A DNA stretch of 64,000 nt from contig OZ251992.1 of assembly GCA_965246885.1 (NCBI GenBank), forward strand, positions 1,344,001 through 1,408,000. Direction: 5' to 3'. The position numbers were made by a program, and so were the translations under genes. Shown one piece after another: positions 28,029-38,094 of the stretch. The notes under the pieces are model-generated. The model saw only the letters and a program-made list of their open reading frames with translations, had not been told where the DNA came from and did no database searches. Positions within the stretch are counted from its first letter, which is position 1, and every line of letters starts with the position of its first letter. This DNA is from Abditibacterium sp. (GTDB lineage Bacteria > Armatimonadota > Abditibacteriia > Abditibacteriales > Abditibacteriaceae).

Positions 28029-29078
28029 ATGGATTCGTCTCAGTCTTTGCAACGCCGCCGCCCGAAGTGGCCAATACCTGTCTTATTACTGCTGGCCTTG
28101 GGCGCGCTTGGCGTCACGGGCGTCCGCTATTGGAAGCGCGAGCAGGAGCGCCGCCGTTTATTCCGCTTTGGCCCGATTCCGATGCCCGACCGCATCGCGC
28201 GCGTGCCTTCGGAGTGGAGCGTGGACAAGTTAGCCGAGCGGTTGCAAAAGACCGGCAAGGTGCACGACGCCGTTGCTTTCGAACTCGAAGCGGGCAAAGT
28301 GGGTCTGCGCACCGTCGCGGCGGGCGCGTACGAATTGCCCCAGAACGCGGCGCCGCGCGACCTCGCGCGCATCTTCAAAGCGGGGCCGACGCTGTTCAAA
28401 GTCACCTTTCCTGAAGGCTTCACCGGCTGGCAGATGGCCGCGCGCCTGAAGAAACTGGGCTTCCAAAACGCCGACGCGTTCGGGGCGCTGGTGTATCCGT
28501 CCGGCAAAGAGTCGCCCTACGAAGGCACGCTGTTTCCGAAGACGTATAACCTGCCTTTTGACGCGCCCGCCAAGTCGCTCGTGGCGCGCTTGCAAAAGCA
28601 GTTCAAAGCGACGCTTCAAACCTTGCCGCGCCCGTTCCCGAAAGTGGCGGGCCGTCCACTTTCGACGCGCGAACTGGTGACTCTCGCATCCCTTGTTGAG
28701 CGCGAGGCGGCGTCCGCCGACGAAATGCCGCAAGTGGCGGGGGTGTTGCTGAATCGCCTCAACCGCCCGATGCGTTTGCAAGTGGACGCGGCCTTGGAAT
28801 ACGCGCGCTTGCAAAACGGGCAGGCGCACAAGAAGCGCATCTTCAACGCCGATCTGAAAGTCCGCTCGCCATATAACACCTACCTCAACGACGGCTTGCC
28901 CCCCGGCCCGATTTGTAACCCCGGTGCCGCCGCTCTCAAAGCCGCCGCCCACCCCGCCGAAACAGACGCACTGTATTACGTGTATTCGTCCAAGCTAAAG
29001 CACCACCGCTTCGCGCGCTCTTTGGCGGAGCACGTCCTCAACAAAAATTTGGCGGCGCGCGAAAAGCGGGGACGGTAA
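28029..29078 (+). CDS. mltG: Endolytic transglycosylase MltG
   Basis: TFPEGFT, EGTLFPKTY, ASLVEREA, SPYNTY, GLPPGPICNPG. Confidence 0.93.
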   Translation: MDSSQSLQRRRPKWPIPVLLLLALGALGVTGVRYWKREQERRRLFRFGPIPMPDRIARVPSEWSVDKLAERLQKTGKVHDAVAFELEAGKVGLRTVAAGAYELPQNAAPRDLARIFKAGPTLFKVTFPEGFTGWQMAARLKKLGFQNADAFGALVYPSGKESPYEGTLFPKTYNLPFDAPAKSLVARLQKQFKATLQTLPRPFPKVAGRPLSTRELVTLASLVEREAASADEMPQVAGVLLNRLNRPMRLQVDAALEYARLQNGQAHKKRIFNADLKVRSPYNTYLNDGLPPGPICNPGAAALKAAAHPAETDALYYVYSSKLKHHRFARSLAEHVLNKNLAAREKRGR

Positions 29079-29125
29079 AGCGTTGGGCGGTGGCGGAACC
29101 CATTTTGCATCTGCGCGGCGCCAAT

Positions 29126-30196
29126 ATGAACCGCCGTTCTTTCCTCCAAAACGCTGCCCTTGGCACCGCCGCGCTCGCCGCGTCCGAAACGCTGCTGTCC
29201 GCCGCTTCGCCCGCGTCCGCCGCGACGCCCGCCATGCCGCCGCTTCCGCGCACCGTCCGGCGCGGCAACATGCCTTACCGCGCTCTTGGCAAGACCGGCG
29301 AAATGGTCTCCATCGTCGGGTTGGGCGGCTTCCACATCGGCAAACAGACCGAGGAAAGCGCGTCCATCCGCATCATTCACGCCGCCATTGATTCCGGCAT
29401 CAACTTCATGGACAACTGCTGGGACTACCACAACGGCCTGAGCGAACTGCGCATGGGCAAGGCGCTGTCGCAAGGCGGCTACCGCGACAAGGTTTTCCTG
29501 ATGACCAAGATAGACGGGCGCCCGCACTCCGTCGCTGCCAAGCAAATAGACGAATCGCTCGCGCGCCTCAAGACCGACCGCTTGGACTTGCTGCAATTCC
29601 ACGAAATCCTGCGCTACGAAGACCCAGACCGCATCTTCGCTCCCGACGGCGCCATCCATGCCGCCCTCGAAGCTCAGCAAGCCGGGAAAGTGCGCTTTAT
29701 CGGCTTTACCGGCCATAAGCATCCGAACATTCACATGGAGATGTTCCGCGTCGCCGACGAACACGGCTTCCACTTCGACACCGTGCAACACCCCGTCAAC
29801 GTAATGGATGCGCACTTCCGCTCCTTTACGCGCGGGGTCATCCTCGCCGCCCACGAACGCGGCACGGCGACCATCGGCATGAAGACTTTTGGCGACCACT
29901 TCATCCTCGACCACGTGCAAAAGTCCGGGACGGCGACCGCGACGCAACTGCTTCACTTCGGCATGTCGCAACCCGTCGCGGTCATCGTCACCGGCATTGA
30001 CTCGCTCAAAGTCTTAGACCAAGCCATCAACGCCGCGCACAGCTTCTCGCCCATGACGCCCGAAGCGCAGGCCACTTTGCTCGCCAGCACCAAAGACGCG
30101 GCCATGCACGGCAAATACGAACTCTTCAAAACCAGCGACCACTTCGACTCGACCGCCCAAAAACCCGACTGGTTGGGCAACAAACCGATGGCGTAA
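29126..30196 (+). CDS. Aldo/keto reductase with Tat signal
   Basis: MNRRSFL twin-arginine leader; GINFMDNCWDY, DLLQFH, IGFTGH. Confidence 0.88.
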   Translation: MNRRSFLQNAALGTAALAASETLLSAASPASAATPAMPPLPRTVRRGNMPYRALGKTGEMVSIVGLGGFHIGKQTEESASIRIIHAAIDSGINFMDNCWDYHNGLSELRMGKALSQGGYRDKVFLMTKIDGRPHSVAAKQIDESLARLKTDRLDLLQFHEILRYEDPDRIFAPDGAIHAALEAQQAGKVRFIGFTGHKHPNIHMEMFRVADEHGFHFDTVQHPVNVMDAHFRSFTRGVILAAHERGTATIGMKTFGDHFILDHVQKSGTATATQLLHFGMSQPVAVIVTGIDSLKVLDQAINAAHSFSPMTPEAQATLLASTKDAAMHGKYELFKTSDHFDSTAQKPDWLGNKPMA

Positions 30197-30211
30197 CGCG
30201 ATACTATCGCC

Positions 30212-31030
30212 ATGCTCGACGCGCCCGCCGTGTGGCTCCGCTCGCTCCGCTTGGCACCGACGGAGCGCGACGAGTTCCCTCTCGGCTTGCCCGCTTTGCG
30301 CTCTGGTTTGTCCATTGACTTCGATGCGCTCGTTACCTTCTTCGCGGGCGAGAACGGGGCGGGCAAGTCCACGCTTTTGGAAATGCTCGCGCTTCGTGCT
30401 GCGCTCCCGACATTGGGCGCGCAAGACGCCGACGAAGACACTACACTTTCGGCGCTTCGCGCCGGAAGTGACGCTTTGCGCCTCAGCTGGAAGCGCCGCG
30501 CGAATCGCGGCTTCTTCTTTCGCGCCGAAGACTTCTTCGGCTTTCAAGCGCGCATTGCGGGGTTAAAACGCGGCTTGCAGGAGCAAATCGCGCGCTATGA
30601 GACGGAGTTGGGAGCCAACCGCGAGGCCGACAAGGGCATCGAGCGGGCGATTGGCTTCTTGCGCGGCCAAATCCACGAGATGGACGCGCGCTACGGTGAA
30701 GACGCGGACGCCCGCTCGCACGGTGAAGCGTTTCTCAACGCCTTTCAAGCGCGCATCGGCGCCCCCGGTTTGTATCTGCTCGACGAACCCGAAGCCGCCT
30801 TGTCGCCGCTCCGTCAAATGGCGTTCCTCAAGCTCGTCAAAGACGCCGTCGAAGCGGGAAGCCAGTTCATCATCGCCACCCACTCGCCGCTCGTTTTGCG
30901 CTTGGACGGCGCCCAGATACTCGACTTCGACCAGTCGCCGCCACGCGCTTGCGACTGGCAAGACCTTTCAAGCGTGCGTTTATGGAGCGCCTTTTGGAAC
31001 GCGCCGAGCGCGTTCTTGCGCCGCCTTTAA
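30212..31030 (+). CDS. ABC/AAA_21-type ATPase (COG3910-like)
   Basis: GENGAGKST, SHGEAF, LLDEPEAALSP, IATHSP. Confidence 0.88.
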   Translation: MLDAPAVWLRSLRLAPTERDEFPLGLPALRSGLSIDFDALVTFFAGENGAGKSTLLEMLALRAALPTLGAQDADEDTTLSALRAGSDALRLSWKRRANRGFFFRAEDFFGFQARIAGLKRGLQEQIARYETELGANREADKGIERAIGFLRGQIHEMDARYGEDADARSHGEAFLNAFQARIGAPGLYLLDEPEAALSPLRQMAFLKLVKDAVEAGSQFIIATHSPLVLRLDGAQILDFDQSPPRACDWQDLSSVRLWSAFWNAPSAFLRRL

Positions 31031-31044
31031 CTTGCTTACCCGCT

Positions 31045-32412
31045 TCAAAATTCATTCAAGAACACCGCGCCCATTTCGACGCGAAAGCCAATAGAGGGCG
31101 GGGCAAGAGCAGGCGAGACTTTGAAATGGAACTTGCCATCGTTGGTTATGACGTAGCCGCCGCCTGCGCGGGCGCGGCGAACGAGGACTTCATCCGCCTC
31201 GGTGCCGGGGAGGACGACTTCGACCTCGCCCCGGTTGACCATCTCGTTGTACGCGTTGACTTCGTTCACGTTGTAGCGCAGCGAAGCATCGGCGATGAAC
31301 TCGATGGGGAAGAAGCCAAGCCGCCGCAACTCTCGTTTCATGCCCAAAAGGTTCTGGAGTTCGCCCTTGCCAAAGCGGTTTCGGGTCGCGCGCACGACAT
31401 TGGAAGCGTCCACCAAAGCGCGTTGCGTGGGCTGCGTCAAGACGCGCACATAATAGGGGTCTTGGCCGCGCAAGCGCGCCAAAAACGTGGTCTTCTTCGC
31501 CGCGTCTTTGGGCGCGATGCCTTCGAGCGCCATGTGCGCGCGGAAAGCGAACTCCTCGTCGCCCCGGTCAACGGCGCGCATCGCTTCGCGGGGCGAGGCG
31601 CGGAACTCGTGACCGTCCGCCAGCCACACGAACACTTCGTCGAGCGGTGAGGGGCGCGCGACTTTGGCTGGCTTCGCGGACGCGACGGGTGAAGGAGGCG
31701 CGGGAGTTGGCGGCGGCGCGGGGGGATTCAGGCGCGCTTCGAGGGCGGCGATTTTCTTGGCTTGCTCATCGAGCAACTGATTGACGTGACGCAACTGCTT
31801 GCGCAGCACTTTGACGGTTGAGTCCAGTTCGTCGCGCTCGCGCTCCGCCGCATTGAGGCGCCGCGTTTCGCGCTCGTCGTGCTTGCGCAGTTCCGCCAGT
31901 TGCTCCTGCGCGGCGGTCTGCGCCAACTCCAACTTCTTCGCTGCCGCCGTTTCGCGCTGCTTTTCTTCCTTGGCGCGGCGCTCGATTTCTTTCGCGGAAG
32001 CGCGGAGCCGCTCGCGTAAGTCGTTCACTTCGCTGCGTTGCTCTTTGAATTGCGCTTCTGCTCGCTCCGCGCGCATGCGCCACTCTTCGAGGGGTACAAT
32101 TCTTTCTTCGAGAGACACCGCTCCGTCGTCGGCGCGGGCGGGCGGAGCTTCGAGCGGGGCGGGCGCGGCTTCGTGGCGCATGCGTAAAAGTTCCGCCGCG
32201 TCGGGGTGACGGGTGAACCAATCGAGCAACCGCTTTTGCACCGCCGGAAGCCGCAAATTCGCGGGCACTTGCTGAAACCCTTGCAACGCCATCCCGCGCG
32301 CCGCCACACGTGATGAGTCGTAATCGGCATCCTTCGGGCGCGGCGACAAAAACTCCCACAAAACCTTCGGCGCGACCTCGCGCAGCAAATCGGGCAGATC
32401 TGGCGTGTCCAT
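31045..32412 (-). CDS. Coiled-coil protein with C-terminal NYN/Zc3h12a-like PIN ribonuclease domain
   Basis: ALVDASNV, FIADASL, EADEVL, VITND acidic motifs. Confidence 0.7.
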   Translation of the reverse strand: MDTPDLPDLLREVAPKVLWEFLSPRPKDADYDSSRVAARGMALQGFQQVPANLRLPAVQKRLLDWFTRHPDAAELLRMRHEAAPAPLEAPPARADDGAVSLEERIVPLEEWRMRAERAEAQFKEQRSEVNDLRERLRASAKEIERRAKEEKQRETAAAKKLELAQTAAQEQLAELRKHDERETRRLNAAERERDELDSTVKVLRKQLRHVNQLLDEQAKKIAALEARLNPPAPPPTPAPPSPVASAKPAKVARPSPLDEVFVWLADGHEFRASPREAMRAVDRGDEEFAFRAHMALEGIAPKDAAKKTTFLARLRGQDPYYVRVLTQPTQRALVDASNVVRATRNRFGKGELQNLLGMKRELRRLGFFPIEFIADASLRYNVNEVNAYNEMVNRGEVEVVLPGTEADEVLVRRARAGGGYVITNDGKFHFKVSPALAPPSIGFRVEMGAVFLNEF

Positions 32413-32420
32413 AAAAACCA

Positions 32421-32498
32421 TTTGACCGCCGATGGACGCGGAACGACGCAGATGAAACACAAAACATCTGCGTCAATCCGCGTCCATCTGCGGTCAAA
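32421..32498. repeat. Long palindrome (family B)
   Basis: tttgaccgccgatggacgcggaacgacgcagatg / catctgcgtcaatccgcgtccatctgcggtcaaa; similar to 17524-17662. Confidence 0.85.
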
Positions 32499-32500
32499 AA

Positions 32501-35389
32501 TTACGCCATCAACTGCCGCAACACATAAGGCAAGATGCCGCCATGCAAGAAGTATTCGACTTCAATCGGCGTATCGATGCGCAGCGTAAGCGGCACTTCC
32601 TCGCTTTCACCCGACGCGCGATGAATGACCATCTGAACGTCCGATTGCGGCTTGAGGTCGCTCAGGCCAACGAAGTCGAAGGTCTCGCTTCCATCCAGTC
32701 CGAGCGTTTGCGCGTTCTGCCCGTCCTTGAACTGGAGCGGCAAGACGCCCATGCCGACGAGGTTGGAGCGGTGGATGCGCTCGTACGACTGCGCGACGAC
32801 CGCCTTGACGCCCAGAAGCGACGTTCCCTTGGCGGCCCAGTCGCGCGAACTACCGGTGCCGTATTCTTGGCCCGCGAAGATGACAAGCGGGATGTGGGCG
32901 GCCTGATACTGCGTCGCCGCGTCGAAGATGCTCATCTGTTCTCCGGCGGGTTGCAAGATGGTGACGCCGCCCTCGACGCCCGGAACCATCAGGTTCTTGA
33001 TGCGCACGTTGGCAAAAGTGCCGCGCGTCATGACGCGGTCGTTGCCGCGCCGCGAGCCGTAGGAGTTGAAGTCCTGTATCTCGACGCCGTGCGTTTGCAG
33101 GTATTTCCCGGCAGGCGAAGAAGGCTTAATGGCGCCCGCCGGAGAAATGTGGTCGGTCGTCACGCTGTCGCCAAAGATGCCCAAAGGCCGCGCTTTCTTG
33201 ATGTCGGAACTGGTGCCAGCATCGGGCGAAAACTTCTCGAAGAACGGTGGCTCTTGGATGTAAGTCGAAGTCGCGTCCCACTCATACAGCGCGCCAGAAG
33301 GCGCCTCGACCGCATTCCACATCGGGCTTTTGGTGCTGAAACCCTCATACGAGCGCGAGTAAGACTCGTCGTCAAACGCCGCGCCGAGGGCGTCCGCGAC
33401 TTCCTCGCCGCTCGGCCAAATGTCGGCGAGAAACACATCCTCGCCGTCCTTATCCTTGCCGATAGCGTCGGTGTAAGGGTTCCACTCGACCGTCCCCGCA
33501 AGCGCAAACGCGACCACAAGCGGCGGACTCATCAAGAAGTTCGCCTTCACCGCCTGATGAACGCGCGCCTCGAAGTTGCGATTGCCCGACAAAACCGATG
33601 CCACAACGAGGTCATTGTCTACGACAGCGCGTTCGATGTGCGAATCGAGCGGGCCTGAATTTCCAATGCACGTCGTGCATCCGTAGCCGACCGTGTAAAA
33701 GCCCAACTGGTCGAGGTAGGATTGCAAGCCGGTCTTTTGCAGGTAGTCCGTCACGACGCGCGAGCCGGGAGCAAGGGAGGTTTTGACGGTGGGGCTGACG
33801 CTGAGGCCGCGCGCGACGGCTTTTTTGGCGAGTAGGCCCGCCGCTAACATGACCGAGGGGTTGCTGGTGTTGGTGCAACTCGTGATGGCGGCGATGACGA
33901 CGTCGCCGTGTCCTAAATCGGCTTGCTTGCGGGGAAACTCGATGCGCTGCTGGAGCGGCGACAGTTCGTCTACCGCCACGCGGTCGGGCGTCGGGCGGTT
34001 GGAAACCATTTCCAATTCGGTCACGGCGGCGGTGTCTTTCTCGGACACGAAGCCCGTCAAGTCAACCGACACGGGAACGGTGTCCATGTCCTGCTCGCCG
34101 CCGCCTGCGATAACGGGCGCTTCGGAATCGTGTCCTAATTCGAGGGGGAAGCGTTCGCCCATTTGTTCGAGCGTCTTGTTGTAGCCGCTTTGCGCGATGG
34201 GCGCTTGGAACAGGTCGGAAAACTTCCCCTTGAGGTCGGGCAGATTGATGCGGTCTTGCGGGCGCTTGGGGCCAGCGACGGCGGGCACGACATCGGACAG
34301 GTCGAGTTCAAGGGTTTGCGAATAATCCACTTCGCCGCGCTTCGGGATGCCGAACATCCCTTGCGCTTGATAGTAGGCGCGCACGGTTTCGATGAGTTCG
34401 TCGCTGCGCCCGGTTTGCTTCATGTAGTTCAGCGTTTCGTCGTCAACGGGGAAAAAGCCCATCGTCGCGCCGTATTCGGGCGCCATGTTCGCAATCGTCG
34501 CGCGGTCTGGCAACGTCAGGGAAGTCGCGCCCTCGCCGAAGAACTCGACGAACTTGCCCACGACCTTGGCGGCGCGCAGCATTTCGGTGATGCGAAGCAC
34601 CAAGTCCGTCGCCGTCACGCCCTCCTTGAGCTTGCCGCCCAAATGCACGCCGACGACATCGGGGGTCAGGAAGTAGACCGGTTGCCCCAACATCCCCGCC
34701 TCGGCCTCGATGCCGCCCACGCCCCAACCGACAACGCCCAAACCGTTAATCATCGTGGTGTGCGAATCCGTCCCGACGAGCGAGTCGGGATAGAACACGC
34801 CACCCTTTTCGAGAACTAACTTCGCCAGATATTCGAGGTTGACCTGATGGATAATGCCAATCCCCGGCGGCACGACGGAAAACGTCTCGAAGGCGCCCAT
34901 GCCCCACTTCAGGAACTGGTAGCGCGACGCATTGCGCTTGAACTCCATGTCCATGTTCATTTGCAAGGCGTTGGGCAAGTTGGAAAAGTCCACCTGCACG
35001 GAGTGGTCAACCACCAAATCAACGGGCACAAGCGGCTCGATGATGGCGGGATTCTTCCCGGCCCGCGCCGCCGCACTTCTCATGGCGGCAAGGTCAACCA
35101 AAAGCGGCACGCCCGTAAAATCCTGCAAAACGATGCGCGCGACGACAAAGGGCACTTCCTCCGTGCGCACCGCGTTGGGCTTCCAAGAAGCGATGTTTTC
35201 CACGTCGGATTGCGAGATTTTCAGCCCATCGCAGTTGCGAAGCACCGACTCCAACACGACGCGAATCGAAACCGGCAACCGCGAAACATCGAACCCGTGC
35301 CCCGCAAGCGCGGGCAAAGAATAAAACTGGCCGGACGCCCCGGAGGGCGTAGAAAAGGTCTGGAGCGAATCGAACAAGTTGTGTGGCAT
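32501..35389 (-). CDS. acnA: Aconitate hydratase A
   Basis: [57 protein letters not shown]. Confidence 0.97.
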   Translation of the reverse strand: MPHNLFDSLQTFSTPSGASGQFYSLPALAGHGFDVSRLPVSIRVVLESVLRNCDGLKISQSDVENIASWKPNAVRTEEVPFVVARIVLQDFTGVPLLVDLAAMRSAAARAGKNPAIIEPLVPVDLVVDHSVQVDFSNLPNALQMNMDMEFKRNASRYQFLKWGMGAFETFSVVPPGIGIIHQVNLEYLAKLVLEKGGVFYPDSLVGTDSHTTMINGLGVVGWGVGGIEAEAGMLGQPVYFLTPDVVGVHLGGKLKEGVTATDLVLRITEMLRAAKVVGKFVEFFGEGATSLTLPDRATIANMAPEYGATMGFFPVDDETLNYMKQTGRSDELIETVRAYYQAQGMFGIPKRGEVDYSQTLELDLSDVVPAVAGPKRPQDRINLPDLKGKFSDLFQAPIAQSGYNKTLEQMGERFPLELGHDSEAPVIAGGGEQDMDTVPVSVDLTGFVSEKDTAAVTELEMVSNRPTPDRVAVDELSPLQQRIEFPRKQADLGHGDVVIAAITSCTNTSNPSVMLAAGLLAKKAVARGLSVSPTVKTSLAPGSRVVTDYLQKTGLQSYLDQLGFYTVGYGCTTCIGNSGPLDSHIERAVVDNDLVVASVLSGNRNFEARVHQAVKANFLMSPPLVVAFALAGTVEWNPYTDAIGKDKDGEDVFLADIWPSGEEVADALGAAFDDESYSRSYEGFSTKSPMWNAVEAPSGALYEWDATSTYIQEPPFFEKFSPDAGTSSDIKKARPLGIFGDSVTTDHISPAGAIKPSSPAGKYLQTHGVEIQDFNSYGSRRGNDRVMTRGTFANVRIKNLMVPGVEGGVTILQPAGEQMSIFDAATQYQAAHIPLVIFAGQEYGTGSSRDWAAKGTSLLGVKAVVAQSYERIHRSNLVGMGVLPLQFKDGQNAQTLGLDGSETFDFVGLSDLKPQSDVQMVIHRASGESEEVPLTLRIDTPIEVEYFLHGGILPYVLRQLMA

Positions 35390-35504
35390 GGCGGAACTGA
35401 CGAACGAACCCAATTCAATTTACGGGGATTTGGGGAGACGTGCCAAAAGAATCGGTTTAGTCTTGAACCCCCACGCCTTTTCACCTTAACTGGGACGCGC
35501 CCTT

Positions 35505-37418
35505 ATGCACGACGACATCCCGAAAATCGCCGCCCACACGCCAGACTTGGCGCTTGAACGCCAAAGCCAACTGCGCGAACTGTTTCCCGAAGCGTGGAGC
35601 GAAGGCGAACTCGACTTTTCCAAACTCCGCCAATTGCTCGGCGATTTGGCCGACGAGAGCGCCGAACGCTATCGCTTTGGCTGGGCCGGGAAGCGCGAAT
35701 CGCTGGGGCTTTTGCAAACGCCCTCGCGCGCCACGCTTCGCCCCGTGCCGGGTGAATCGGTTGACTTCGACACGACGGGGAATCTCTTCATCGAAGGCGA
35801 CAACCTCGAAGCCCTCAAGTTGCTGTATAAGCCGCTTTTCAATCGGGTCAAGATGATTTACATCGACCCGCCCTACAACACCGGCAACGACTTCATCTAT
35901 CCCGACAACTTCGCCGACCCGCTCAAACACTACCTCATCCAAACCGGGCAGAAAGACCCCAACGGCGACCTGCAAACCAGCAATCCCGACATGGCGGGCC
36001 GCGTCCATTCGCGCTGGCTTTCGATGCTCTATCCGCGCCTGACGCTCGCCCGCTCCCTTCTGCGCGACGACGGCGTGATCTTCGTCTCGATAGACGACAA
36101 CGAAGTCCACCACTTGCGGCTGTTGATGAATGAGGTGTTTGGCGAGGAGAACTTTGTGGCGAACATCGCTGTTGTTAACAACTTAAAAGGACGCAACGAC
36201 CGCGCACATATCGCTACGGCTCACGAACATCTTCTTATGTATTCTAAAGGAGAGTTCGTGTCTTATGGACTTCAACTAACGCAGAAGCAACTTGCTGATT
36301 ACGGCGAGGTGAACGAGGAGGGAGAAGCGTTTCAATGGCGCGATTTACGGAAACGTGGCGGCGCTGATACAAAGCAAGCACGGCCAACATTGTATTACCC
36401 GCTTTATACGAACAAAGAAGATGGCCGGATCTACCTTGAGCAGAAGGATGAAGACGATGTAACTATCATGCCGATGAAAAGTGACGGTTCGGAAGGATGT
36501 TGGAGATGGTCTAAAGAAAAGGTGACGGAGAACCTTGACAGAATAAGAGCCTCTCGAAGCTCTATCAAGGACAAATGGAATGTGTCTTATCAAGTTCGTT
36601 TGGTAGAGAATGGGAAGACGCGAGTTGCCAAGCCGAAGTCGGTTTGGATTGGAAGCCAATTCTCCAGCGACTCAGGAACAAAGGCCTTGAAAGAACTCAT
36701 TTCAGACGTGAGCGACTTAGCTCCCAAGCCAGTTGGATTCATAAAGACAATTGTCCAGCAGTCAACCGAGGAAGACGACATCATCCTCGACTTCTTCGCT
36801 GGCTCCGGCACGACGGGGCAGGCGGTGTTGGAACTGAACCGCGAGGACGGCGGGAATCGGCGCTTCGTCCTCGTGCAACTGCCGGAAAAGACGGGTAACG
36901 CGCAGTTCCCCACCATCGCCGACATCGGCAAAGAGCGGATTCGCCGGGTGATTGGGCGGATGAAGGAAGGCAACGGCACACTCGACCTTTCGACGCGCGA
37001 GGCGCCCGAAGATTTGGGATTCAAGGTCTGGAAGCTGGGCGAGTCGCATTTCCGCCAGTTCCAGCGCACCGAACCGGGCGACACGAAGGCTTATCTCGAA
37101 CAACTCGAACTGATGAACGACGCGCTCTTGCCCGGTTACGAGACGCGCGCCGTGCTATACGAAGTCGCGCTGCGCGAAGGGTATGGCCTCAATTGCACGC
37201 TCGAACTCGTGCCCGGTTTGGAAGGCGTCGAAGTGTGGCGCGTGAGCGACGCCGACAAGGGCCAGCATTTCTACGCCACGCTCGCCGACTCGCTCGACTT
37301 GGAATCGCTGCGCCCGCTGAAACTTGTGCCCGACGACCTGTTCATCTGTCGCGGCATCGCCCTCGACGACGACACCGCCGCCAACCTCGCGCTGCAATGC
37401 CGCTTGAAGATGATTTGA
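35505..37418 (+). CDS. mod: Type III R-M modification subunit (N6-adenine MTase)
   Basis: NLFIEGDNL, IYIDPPYNTG, SIDDNE, PKP, LDFFAGSGTT. Confidence 0.93.
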   Translation: MHDDIPKIAAHTPDLALERQSQLRELFPEAWSEGELDFSKLRQLLGDLADESAERYRFGWAGKRESLGLLQTPSRATLRPVPGESVDFDTTGNLFIEGDNLEALKLLYKPLFNRVKMIYIDPPYNTGNDFIYPDNFADPLKHYLIQTGQKDPNGDLQTSNPDMAGRVHSRWLSMLYPRLTLARSLLRDDGVIFVSIDDNEVHHLRLLMNEVFGEENFVANIAVVNNLKGRNDRAHIATAHEHLLMYSKGEFVSYGLQLTQKQLADYGEVNEEGEAFQWRDLRKRGGADTKQARPTLYYPLYTNKEDGRIYLEQKDEDDVTIMPMKSDGSEGCWRWSKEKVTENLDRIRASRSSIKDKWNVSYQVRLVENGKTRVAKPKSVWIGSQFSSDSGTKALKELISDVSDLAPKPVGFIKTIVQQSTEEDDIILDFFAGSGTTGQAVLELNREDGGNRRFVLVQLPEKTGNAQFPTIADIGKERIRRVIGRMKEGNGTLDLSTREAPEDLGFKVWKLGESHFRQFQRTEPGDTKAYLEQLELMNDALLPGYETRAVLYEVALREGYGLNCTLELVPGLEGVEVWRVSDADKGQHFYATLADSLDLESLRPLKLVPDDLFICRGIALDDDTAANLALQCRLKMI

Positions 37419-37431
37419 TTCTGTTGAAACC

Positions 37432-37462
37432 CAAAGATTGGAAGAGGGCGCAAGCCCCGCTC
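37432..37462 (-). repeat. REP copy 1 (RAYT-associated), reverse orientation
   Basis: caaagattggaagagggcgcaagccccgctc, exact reverse complement of 38014-38044. Confidence 0.9.
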
Positions 37463-37480
37463 CTCAACTGGATAAACCTC

Positions 37481-38014
37481 ATGGCCCAACGCCTCAACTC
37501 CCCCGACCTTTCCGGTGCGCTTCATTTCGTCACGCTCAATGTCCGCGACCGCAAACGAGCCTTCGCGCGCGCCGGCTATGCCGAAATGGTGCTTTGCGAA
37601 CTTCGTTTCGAGTGCGACCGTCACCCTGCAACCTTGGCCGCTTATGTTGTGATGCCCGACCATTTGCATTTTCTCATCGGGCCGCAAGATGGCAAAGTGT
37701 CGCGGTTTCTGGCGCGCTTCAAACCGGGAGTAACTCTGAAACTTGACGCGCTCGCAACCCAGAACGCTCGTTTCAAGGAGCAGGAATGGCTGGCGGAAAA
37801 GGGCAAGCGCGAGTTGTGGCAGGACGGCAAACACTCGATCCCGCTCTATTCGCCTGCTTGGATTCGAGAGAAAATCGAATATATTCACGCCAATCCGGTG
37901 AGGGCTGGTTTGGTCGAAAGTCCGGGCGAGTTTTTGTTTTCCAGTTTCGGGGCTTACTTTCCTGAATCGGGACATTTGCCTTTGGCCAAAGTTGATTTAG
38001 TTGATCTCTTTTAG
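37481..38014 (+). mobile_element. REP-associated tyrosine transposase (RAYT, Y1 HUH / IS200-like)
   Basis: HFVT, YVVMPDHLH (HUH), LWQ, YIHANPVRAGL (catalytic Tyr), FSS; flanked by inverted REPs. Confidence 0.9.
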
Positions 38015-38081
38015 AGCGGGGCTTGCGCCCTCTTCCAATCTTTGCAGCCAACCCGATTGGAAGAGGGCGCAAGCCCCGCTC
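38014..38081. repeat. REP doublet (copies 2 and 3) forming a hairpin between RAYT and res
   Basis: gagcggggcttgcgccctcttccaatc (38014-38040) and its exact reverse complement (38055-38081). Confidence 0.9.
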
Positions 38082-38094
38082 CAACCAACCACCC

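Noticed and set aside
33920..34140. Extra segment in AcnA
   Set aside because: Falls in a linker known to vary in length among AcnA proteins; no intein or intron hallmarks seen.
35505..37418. Phase-variable mod (phasevarion)
   Set aside because: No simple-sequence repeat tract seen in or upstream of mod; the frame is intact.
37193..37480. Mod-RAYT overlap/fusion implied by the ORF track
   Set aside because: mod ends with its own stop at 37418; RAYT motifs begin after ATG 37481 and the upstream part is out-of-frame mod sequence.
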